The position numbers and the translations under genes are program-made. A DNA stretch of 64,000 nt, from contig CAWBOC010000009.1 of assembly GCA_963790305.1 (NCBI GenBank), forward strand, positions 928,001 to 992,000, read 5' to 3'. Positions 22,069 through 30,800 of this stretch are shown here, one piece after another. Positions within the stretch are counted from its first letter, which is position 1. Each line of letters opens with the position of its first letter. The notes below the pieces were generated by a model. It was not told the DNA's origin. It worked only from the letters and a program-made list of their open reading frames with translations, and made no database searches. Origin of the DNA: an uncultured Gemmatimonadaceae bacterium. Lineage in GTDB: Bacteria; Gemmatimonadota; Gemmatimonadetes; Gemmatimonadales; Gemmatimonadaceae.

Positions 22069-23250
22069 TTAGTCGAGCGCCAGACTCGATGCGGCGCGAC
22101 GCTTCCATCGACTCACGAGGTCGCCACCACTCGCGCGCTCGCCGGTCCACAGCGCACGCATGCCGACGGTGAGATAGCGCTGGTATCCACGCGAGTCCCA
22201 CCAGCGCGCGCCGAGCCAGATCATCGCGACCGACATGGCGAAGTACAACGGCCATGCGCGCGTGTAGGGAAGCTCCAGCAGGTGGAAGCCGACGTAGTAC
22301 ACGTAGAACTGGAGAATGAACGCGAAGAGCGAGGCTCGTCCAAGGATCGCCGACGCACGTACGCACATCGGCGCGTATCCCTTTCGAGCAATCCACAACA
22401 CGCCCGCGATCAGCCACAACCCGAACCCACCAAAGCCCGCCAGATACAGCGGCGCGGCCGGCAGCTTCTGCCACGGCGAGAAGAAATCGAATGTCGTCCC
22501 GCCGACCGACACCTGTCCCGTTCCGGACGGAAGCAGATACCACGCAGTGAACTTGGCGCAGATCACGACGGTTAGGCAGATCACCCCGGCCCAGGCCAAC
22601 GCGCGCTCGGCGCCGCCGGCGCGCCGGAGCTCCGCTCGCACCGCCAGCTGCCCGAGGACGGTACCGGCGAGATAGGTCGCCACCCAGGGCAGCACCGGAA
22701 AATTGTTCGCTCCCACCTCGGGAAACGTGCCAACGAGCAGATACCGCAGGCCGCGGAGCGCACTCGCGTCCGGCGCCCAGCCTAACGTCAACGTCACGCC
22801 GAGCGCGTACATCCCCCCAGCGAGCATGATGCGCTTACCGGGACCGATCCGCTGGACCAGCGTCGGGCCCATCAGCAATGCGACGCCAATCGCGTCGGTA
22901 ATGAAGCCGAGCTGCGCCGCCGATGAGAGGGAGCCTTGCCGCGGAATGGTCGAGAGCATGATGAGCGCGTGCCCAACGGTGAGCAGGAACACGCCACGAT
23001 CGAACAGCGTCAGGCGGAGACGTCCAAAGTCGGCGCGACGCGTCTCGTACAACATCGCGACGGTGATCCCGCTGATGAGCATGAAGGTGGGCGACGCAAT
23101 GCGACCGACGGTGTAGCACAGCACGCGCGCCGGGGGATCGCCCATGAGCCGGAAGTACTCGAGCCCGAAGTGGGAGAGGCATACGAACAGCATGGCGGCG
23201 CCGCGCGCCGCGTCGATTCCGTCGAGCCGTCCCTCCCGTCCACCCATCAC
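22069..23250 (-). CDS. DUF1624 / heparan-alpha-glucosaminide N-acetyltransferase-like membrane acyltransferase
   Basis: RLDGIDAARGAAMLFVCLSH, ASPTFMLISG, FPVLPW and LGRASLFAF; multi-TM protein. Confidence 0.75.
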   Translation of the reverse strand: MMGGREGRLDGIDAARGAAMLFVCLSHFGLEYFRLMGDPPARVLCYTVGRIASPTFMLISGITVAMLYETRRADFGRLRLTLFDRGVFLLTVGHALIMLSTIPRQGSLSSAAQLGFITDAIGVALLMGPTLVQRIGPGKRIMLAGGMYALGVTLTLGWAPDASALRGLRYLLVGTFPEVGANNFPVLPWVATYLAGTVLGQLAVRAELRRAGGAERALAWAGVICLTVVICAKFTAWYLLPSGTGQVSVGGTTFDFFSPWQKLPAAPLYLAGFGGFGLWLIAGVLWIARKGYAPMCVRASAILGRASLFAFILQFYVYYVGFHLLELPYTRAWPLYFAMSVAMIWLGARWWDSRGYQRYLTVGMRALWTGERASGGDLVSRWKRRAASSLALD

Positions 23251-23262
23251 ACCCCCACAGGC

Positions 23263-24801
23263 TCAGGCGTCGGTGCCGACTCCGACAAGGCGGCGGCGAC
23301 GACGCGAGCGGAGCGAGGTGACGAGCTCGCGCAGTATGCGCACCACCGCCGCGCGGTCGCGCGCGGACAGGACCGGTCCGTTCCACACCGCGAGGAGATA
23401 CGCCACGAAGATCGCGGCGCGTACCGGGATCGAGATCGCGAGCGGGACGACCGGGAGGAGGAGCGTCGCACTCCACGCCGCCACCGCGGTCGCCACGACG
23501 TACAGCACGGGGCGCCACCGATATTTCACGGGCCAGAGGCGCTGCGCGATCGAATACACGAGCACGTGTCGTGTCGCGAACGCGATCACCGTCGCCATGG
23601 CGGCACCGACGCCGAGATACCGCGGGATGAGCAGGGCATATCCGGCGAGCGCGACGATGGCGGCAATCCAGTTGGCGAGCGACACCAGCTCCGTCCGCTC
23701 GCGCACGAGGATCCCCGTGTCCTGGAGGCTCGTCCATCCCTGGAGCACGTACGCGACGAGGATGAGCGGGACCAGCCTGGCCGCATCATGGAACGGGGGC
23801 GCGGCCACAATGTGCAGGAAGTCGCCGACGAACAGGGCGATGCCTAACGCCACGGACACGACCATCACGTTCAGATACACAAAGCCGTCGGCCAGCAGGG
23901 CGTCACGGTCCGGGCGCTTCGCGATCTCGAACCGCTTCGGCTCCCATACCTGCATGAACGGCATGTACCCGATGAGAGCGACCATGAACCCGAACGTGTA
24001 CGCAAGCCCGTAGAGGCCGACAATGGCCGACCCGCCTTTGGCCTGGAGAAAGTACCGGTCGCCATAGGTCACGATGAAGGTCGCCGCCCATGTCGCCATC
24101 ATCGGCAGACCGTAGCGCAGGAGATCGCGCGTCGCGCGACGGGAGATGCGCAGTCCCACCTCGCGCACCACCCATGCGGTCATCCACCCGCCGACGATCA
24201 GGTTCGCGATGATGTTGCTCCACAACACGCCGGCGACGCCCCAGCGGAGCTCCACCACGAGCCACAGGTTCACGACGAGACTGATGAGAACCTTCACCGC
24301 GTTCGCGCCCACGAAGAGGAGCGCGCGATCGCGCACGCGGGCGTAGGCCAGCGGCACGGTGAGCATGCTCTGCAGGATGAATCCGACGGCAGCAATCCGC
24401 AAAAGCCCGGCGTTGGCGGCGGATCCCCAGACGAGCTGCGAGATCGGCGCGGCGGCGGTGAGCGCAATGGCGCCCACGAGCACGTAGCTGATCCCCAGTC
24501 CCAGCAGCGCCGTCGACACCACCGCGTTTCGCTCCGCCTCGGATTCGCCCTTGTGGTAGTACCGGAAGATTCCGAGGGCGATCTGCGCGCCGGCGAAGAT
24601 GGCGATGACCTCCAACGTCATCCCGATCAGCTCCAGGACCCCGTAGTCGGCCGGCGTCAGATAGCGGGTGTAGATCGGCAGCATCACGACGCTCAACGCG
24701 CGGCTGAGCAGAATGCCGACCGCATAGATGATCGTATGACGGCCGACACGTCTCATGTCGAAGGGACGCGCTGGAGCGGCAGCTGGAGCCGTGGGACTCA
24801 T
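23263..24801 (-). CDS. wzx: Wzx-like polysaccharide flippase
   Basis: LPIYTRYLTPADYG, LLRYGLP and DRYFL....VGLY; about 12-14 hydrophobic segments. Confidence 0.8.
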   Translation of the reverse strand: MSPTAPAAAPARPFDMRRVGRHTIIYAVGILLSRALSVVMLPIYTRYLTPADYGVLELIGMTLEVIAIFAGAQIALGIFRYYHKGESEAERNAVVSTALLGLGISYVLVGAIALTAAAPISQLVWGSAANAGLLRIAAVGFILQSMLTVPLAYARVRDRALLFVGANAVKVLISLVVNLWLVVELRWGVAGVLWSNIIANLIVGGWMTAWVVREVGLRISRRATRDLLRYGLPMMATWAATFIVTYGDRYFLQAKGGSAIVGLYGLAYTFGFMVALIGYMPFMQVWEPKRFEIAKRPDRDALLADGFVYLNVMVVSVALGIALFVGDFLHIVAAPPFHDAARLVPLILVAYVLQGWTSLQDTGILVRERTELVSLANWIAAIVALAGYALLIPRYLGVGAAMATVIAFATRHVLVYSIAQRLWPVKYRWRPVLYVVATAVAAWSATLLLPVVPLAISIPVRAAIFVAYLLAVWNGPVLSARDRAAVVRILRELVTSLRSRRRRRLVGVGTDA

Positions 24802-24831
24802 GATCTCGGATACCGACGTCGCGACGGATGC

Positions 24832-25743
24832 CTAACGCGCCGCAACCAGCGACGCCGGCTCGGCCGGGCGCATCTCCTGGCGGGGAGGAGCCGGCCAATG
24901 CTGGCTCATCCACTCGGCCGCGGCGCCGACCACGAACTGCTGATGGTCGAGGCCAGTGAAGAGGTGGTCCGCGTCGGGGAGATACTCGACGCGCAGCTGG
25001 TCACGGAAGTCCACCGACCGGAACGCGGCGCGATACTGTGCGCGGTGGTTGAAGTGCTCTCCCTGACCGCCAGAGAACACGTTGAAGAAACGCACCCCAC
25101 GCTGAAGGAGCGTCCGCAGGTCGGCTGCGACCACGTCACGTGGCGGAAACACACGTCGATACTCGGGCGTGACGGCATCAGCGTCCGGACGAGCCGGAGC
25201 GGTGCCTTCCATGTCGGACCCGCGAACAACCCCGGCGAGCTTCCGGCGGAGCCAGTGCTTCCAGACGGACAGCTTGAGCACGCGGTTGCCGTAGTGACGC
25301 ACCCAATAGCCCAGGGTTCGATATGCCCACGCATCGAGCTGCACCATCCCCACGATCCGGGAGTCCGCTCCCGCCACCTTGAACGACATGTCGGCGCCCG
25401 AGCAAAGACCCATGAGCACGAACTCTCGCGCCCCTCTGGTGGCGGTGAGGTAGTCCATCGCCTCCTGCACATCGAGCACGGCGCTCTTCTCGAAGGGAAG
25501 GGTCTCACGACGCGCATCGCTGTCCCCGATCCCCGAATGATCAAAACGCATCACGGTGTAGCCGGCGGGTGCAAGCGCGCGCGCCAGCTTCACATGAATC
25601 CGACACGCTCCGACGTGATGCAGGATTCCGGAATTCAACATGATGACCGCCGGGCTGGTGTCGCGGTTCGCCGCATTCGACGCTTCCGTGACAATGCCAA
25701 CCAGGGACTTTGTCTTCCCGAACCGAACCGCTTTCTCCCTCAT
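24832..25743 (-). CDS. Alpha/beta hydrolase, exosortase-A-associated hydrolase 1-like (Cys nucleophile)
   Basis: ATGA overlap at 25740-25743; RFDHSGIGDS, GLCSGA elbow and ADHLFT. Confidence 0.75.
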   Translation of the reverse strand: MREKAVRFGKTKSLVGIVTEASNAANRDTSPAVIMLNSGILHHVGACRIHVKLARALAPAGYTVMRFDHSGIGDSDARRETLPFEKSAVLDVQEAMDYLTATRGAREFVLMGLCSGADMSFKVAGADSRIVGMVQLDAWAYRTLGYWVRHYGNRVLKLSVWKHWLRRKLAGVVRGSDMEGTAPARPDADAVTPEYRRVFPPRDVVAADLRTLLQRGVRFFNVFSGGQGEHFNHRAQYRAAFRSVDFRDQLRVEYLPDADHLFTGLDHQQFVVGAAAEWMSQHWPAPPRQEMRPAEPASLVAAR

Positions 25744-27053
25744 GTCTTGCGCTCCTCGAGCGGTGGACGCCGCGTCGCCGCCACGGCGGGCGGTGGCCAA
25801 TGCCGGCGTATTTCGTCGGCGAAGGCAGCAGCGACCAGCTGGTTGCCGCGCGCGCTCAGGTGCACCCAACTGACCAGCACATCACGATCCTGATCGAGAC
25901 GGCCGATCACATCGGCGTATGCCACGTGGTTGGTGCGCGCCCATTCATTCAAGCGATCCATGAGAATGGCATGCGCCAGAAAGGTGAGCTCCTGGGGCGT
26001 CATCTTCTCATTCGCGCGCAGCCGTGCTTCGATTTGCGCGCGCTCCTGCCCATACGTCATTCCTTTCAGCGTCTGCCGTCCCACCGACTGCGAGTTCCGT
26101 TGCTGGGACGCAACCACGAACACAATGCCACGCTTCTTACACTCTTCGTTAATGAGTGAAAGGTGGCTCAGAAAATCCTTGGCAATTGCTTCGGAATGGG
26201 TGGCCACCACCTCCGGCGAGTGAGCGCGGTGCCACGGATTGTCCAGGAAATTGGCGATGAACGCGACCGTGAGCACGCGGCCGCCCACCATGCCTGCCAC
26301 CTTGCGGACGGCGCTCTGTTGCGTAAGCGCCTCCTCGAGGTGCATCGCATCGTTGTTGCCTTCGTAGAACGTGATGACATCCGGATTAAGGGGCAGCGCT
26401 TCATTGATCAGCAGCGCGTGTATGTTGGCCACCGTCAAATGCGGGATGCCGAGATTGATCACTTCAATGCTGTCACCGGGCAAGGATTCGTTCAACAGCT
26501 TTTCGAGATACACCGGATAGGTTTCGTCATCGCGCGCGAAATAGCCGAGCGTCGAAGATGCGCCGAGCGTGACCACGCGAATGGTGTGGGGCGCCTTCTT
26601 CTCGCTGAACTCACGTCCACGAAATCCTTTGCTGTTGATCGTCACCGGGAAGCGTTCACCGGTTTCGACATCGAAGTCGAAGCGCGATTGATTGGGATAG
26701 TACTTGGAATAACCACCCGCGACCGCATTCTGGTGTTGCTCGACCGAGCGAGTCGTCCACTGCGCCCGCTTGGAGGCCGCCAGATAGTGCTTCGCTTCCT
26801 TCTGTTGCGAAGTGTCCACCACCGCGGGCGCCTGCTGATCGGTCGGGTCAACCGAGTGACGGGCGAACCCCGTCCCGTACAGCAATACACTCGGCCCGAC
26901 GATCGTGGAGAAGTAAACCCGCACGGCCAGCTCGATCAGAGCGAACACGAACAGGCACAACACGAACGAAAACAAGACGCGCTTGCCACGGCCCAGTTGA
27001 CGATCCTGTTGCATTGAATCAGCCTCGGGGGTTGGGGCGGGGTGGTCTGACAT
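25740..27053 (-). CDS. Membrane-anchored SGNH/GDSL hydrolase family protein (alternative start 27071)
   Basis: N-terminal TM helix; INSKGFRG, LGASSTLG, EVINLGIP, EGNND and WVHLS. Confidence 0.8.
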   Translation of the reverse strand: MSDHPAPTPEADSMQQDRQLGRGKRVLFSFVLCLFVFALIELAVRVYFSTIVGPSVLLYGTGFARHSVDPTDQQAPAVVDTSQQKEAKHYLAASKRAQWTTRSVEQHQNAVAGGYSKYYPNQSRFDFDVETGERFPVTINSKGFRGREFSEKKAPHTIRVVTLGASSTLGYFARDDETYPVYLEKLLNESLPGDSIEVINLGIPHLTVANIHALLINEALPLNPDVITFYEGNNDAMHLEEALTQQSAVRKVAGMVGGRVLTVAFIANFLDNPWHRAHSPEVVATHSEAIAKDFLSHLSLINEECKKRGIVFVVASQQRNSQSVGRQTLKGMTYGQERAQIEARLRANEKMTPQELTFLAHAILMDRLNEWARTNHVAYADVIGRLDQDRDVLVSWVHLSARGNQLVAAAFADEIRRHWPPPAVAATRRPPLEERKT

Positions 27054-27054
27054 C

Positions 27055-27837
27055 TCAGGCAACATTCGCATCGGTTAGCGACGCGACGATGCCCTGGATG
27101 ATCGATTGCGGGAGCAGCGCCGATCCGAAGCGGTCGATCTCGTCCCAGTTCCCCGCACTCGGAATGTGGCGGTAGGTCATGGCGACCCGACGACCCGCCA
27201 GCGCATCCCGGAAGGCCACGAACTCGGGACGCTCTTCGGACACCGTCATGATCACGCGACCGCTTGCGGGAGCAGGCAGGCGTCGAAGGTCGATTCCTTC
27301 CAATCCCTCGCGCATGCGGCTCGTGAGCGGGAAGCCCTTGATGCCGATCGTGCCTAACGTTCCGCCGCGACGTCCCGCGGCATCCGCCTGTTCCGTCAGC
27401 ACCATCTTTTCGACGTACGCCTTGCCGGCGACCACCGGATCCCACAGCACGATGCGGTCGAGATCCTTTCGCTCCCCCGCAACCGCGGCGGCGAGCGAGG
27501 CACCGACGCGCAGGCCAACGAGCGACACCTTGCTCACCCCTGCCGTATCCTTCAGCTCGTCGATCGCCGTCGAGATGTCGTGCGTCCAACGCGCCACATC
27601 GCCAGCGTCACTCTCGCCGGCGGAATCACCGGTCCCGAAGTAATCGAAGCGAAGCACCGAAAACCCGGCCTTGCTGAGCAGCATGGCCAGCTGTCTGAAC
27701 GCGCGGTGCGCGCGCATGTACTCCTGCCAGAGCGGATAGCAGAGAACGACCGCGGTGGGCCGGGCCGTTTGCGCTCTGGGCGGATGGTAGACGCCGTACA
27801 GCGGCTGCTTCGAGTTGCCGAAGAAAAACGGATTCAT
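27055..27837 (-). CDS. Alpha/beta hydrolase, exosortase-A-associated hydrolase 2-like
   Basis: EYMRAHR, RFDYFGTGDSAG, GLRVGA elbow (Arg at the nucleophile position) and LWDPVV.G. Confidence 0.75.
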   Translation of the reverse strand: MNPFFFGNSKQPLYGVYHPPRAQTARPTAVVLCYPLWQEYMRAHRAFRQLAMLLSKAGFSVLRFDYFGTGDSAGESDAGDVARWTHDISTAIDELKDTAGVSKVSLVGLRVGASLAAAVAGERKDLDRIVLWDPVVAGKAYVEKMVLTEQADAAGRRGGTLGTIGIKGFPLTSRMREGLEGIDLRRLPAPASGRVIMTVSEERPEFVAFRDALAGRRVAMTYRHIPSAGNWDEIDRFGSALLPQSIIQGIVASLTDANVA

Positions 27838-30800
27838 CTATCCTCGTGAGGCGGACTTGAAGGCGCTCAGGAACCGCTGGCGCAGTCCCTGCGGCGCCTG
27901 CGCTGACTCGGTCTGCTCAGTGGGCGCAGGCGTCGCCTGCGCTCGCACCGCTCCCGCCTTCTGCTCGCACTCGGCGGCCAGCTGTTCCAGCGTGAGCAGG
28001 TTGAGCGCGGACTGATTGACACGGACACCCGTCTGCTTGGCAATGCGCGTAATGACACGCATCGCGAGCAGCGAGTGGCCACCGGCGTCGAGAAAATTGT
28101 CGTGCACGCTCACCCGCGGGACGCCGAGCAACTCCTGCCAGATCGTGGCGACGGTGCGCTCCATCGGTGTGCGGGGCGCGACGTAGTCGTCCCCGGCCCC
28201 GAAGGGGTTGGGCAGCGCGGCGCGATCGATCTTCCCATCGCTGGTCAGCGGCAGCTCGTCGAGCTCGACGAAGTGCTGCGGCACCATGTCCTCCGGAAGC
28301 CGTTCGCGGAGGAAGCGTCGCAGCTCACTCACCGTGGCGTGCGTACTCTCCTCGTAAATCACGTACGCCGCCATTTGGCGCGTACCCGCCCGCTCCCCGT
28401 GCGAGAGCACGATCCCCTGACGCACCGCCTCGTGGGTGGCGAGCACCGCCTCGATCTCGGCGAGGTTCGCCGTCGATTCCTGAGGCTCCGCTCCTGGAGC
28501 GGCCTTCGGTGCGCGCACGTGATCGAGATAGCGTCCCAGATCCTGCGGGGAAACGACGATCTGCAATGGCATCGCCCCGGCCAGCGCGCGCCGGAATACC
28601 TCGACGCCCTCGGCCGGAGTGATCGCGTCCTCGAGCGACATCGCCGGAGTGGCATCCTCCGCTGGAGTGTCGACATGAATGACGGGCTTGCGATCCTCGG
28701 TCGAATCGCTCGCCATGCGTCCCTTGTCGCTCACCCGCATCATCACGAACTCCTCGATCTCGACCACCGCCTGGCCGTTCTCGTCGAGAATCGACACGTC
28801 GAATGCGGCAATGTCCTTGTCGTCGCTCGGGATGTAGCGAATGTGACTGAAGCAGCCCTGCGGAATCGTCCCCCGCGCGCGAAGCCGCGTATACGACGCG
28901 GGCACGTAGAAGTCCGCGTGCGGATCGAAGCCGTGAATGAGCTGCTGCGCACACGCGGTCGCGACGTCCAGCATCGCGGGGTGCAGCGCAAACCGCGCGA
29001 GGTCGTCCGCGAATTCCTCCGGAAGCTCCAGCGTCGCGATCGCCTCGTCGACTCCATAGTTGATGCGCCGAATGTTGCTCCAGCGCTTGCCCAGCACGAG
29101 GTGCTCGCGCTCCTCGGTGCCGGTGAACCGCTGCTCGCGGGCCGCGCAGCGAGCGATCACCGCATTCACATCGACGCGCGGAGGCGCATCGCCGTTGGCG
29201 GGCAGGGCGATCGCGCGTGCGTGCTCGTGCCATTCGCGGCTCCCATCCGCCGCAACGCCCTCGCCAATGATCACGATCTCCGACTCGCCGCCGTTGCGAC
29301 GAACCTTCACCCGGAGCTCGCGACGCTCATCCGCATGCACGACGAACGGTGAGATGAAGAAAACATCGCGAAGCTCGAGATCGCGGACGTTTCCGGCTTC
29401 GCGAAATGCCGCCTGCGCAAGCTCGAGATAGCCAGTGCCGGGGATGAGCGCTTCCCCGCCCCGAATCCGGTGGCCGTCGAGCAGCCAATGATCCGCGATG
29501 CTGAAGACGGTCGAGAACACGTCCTCCTTCGCGGTGCGGCGCACGCGCCGGTCGAGGAGCGGATGCTCCGCTGGCTCGTCGACCTCGCCCGCCGACCCCA
29601 TCGACGCCGCCATACCGACGTCACGCCACATGCTCCAGTTGATCGCGATCGCCGGCGTCCCATCGAGCGTAGCCTTCCGGTGCGCGAACGCATCCAGGAA
29701 AGCGTTCGCCGCCACGTAATCGACCTGGCCCGCGGGACCGGCAACCGCTCCGCGCGACGAGAACACGACGAAGAAATCGAGCTCGAAGCCGGCGACGGCG
29801 GCGTCGAGGGACAGTGTTCCCTCGACCTTCGGCGCGAGCACGCGCTCGGCGGTCGCGCGATCCTTCGTCGCGATGAGACCATCGTCGAGCGCACCGGCGC
29901 CGTGGACGACGCCGTTGATCGGTCCGAAGCGATCGACGGCGGTGCGGACGATCTCAGCCATCCGCTCGCGATCGGTGACATCCCCGCGCGCCACCATTAC
30001 CTCGGCGCCGAGCGCTTCGAGCGAGCGCACCTGCGCGATAGCGCGGCTCACACGGTCATTCTCGCCGCGACGGGCGATCCAGCCGTCCCACTCTTCGCGC
30101 GCTGGAAACGCACTGCGACCAACGAGCACCAGCCGAGCCTTCGCCGCACGCGCAAGGTACTCAGCGACTGTGAGTCCGATGCCGCCCAGACCGCCGGTGA
30201 TGAGATAGACACCGCCATCGCGCACGCGACTGGGCCGCGTGCTCGGATCGACCGCGACTGACTCGAACGTCTGCACCCAGCGGTCGGCGCCGCGGAGAGC
30301 CACCACCTCATCGGTGACCGGAGAGCCGACCTCGCCAATGAGCTGCTGCACGAGCTGTCGCTCCCGCCAGGAACCTGACGGTGGCAGCACGACATCAATG
30401 GATCGCGAGCGAACGTTAGGCATTTCCTGCGCAATCACCTTGCACGGACCCAGGAGTTGCGCTTTCTCCGGCGTAAGGACTGCTTCGCCAGCAACCTGCT
30501 GCATGTCGCTCGATACGACGCTCAGGCGGATCGGATGCGACAGATCCTCCGCGATCACCCCTTGGGCGAGGTAGAGCAGGCTGTAGAAGGAAAGGTCGCG
30601 CACGTGCCCGGAGGACAGCACTGCCCCCGGCGGCGTGACACTGAAACAGTGCACGATGTCGGCAGGCGCGACTTTCTCCGCCGCGAGATCACGGAACAGC
30701 ATCTCATAGGCTTCGCGGTCGGCCGGCGCGATCGTGAAATCGCGCTCGCCGATGCGCGCATACGTGCTTCCCGTCGCGACGGTCCACACGTCCCGGCCCG

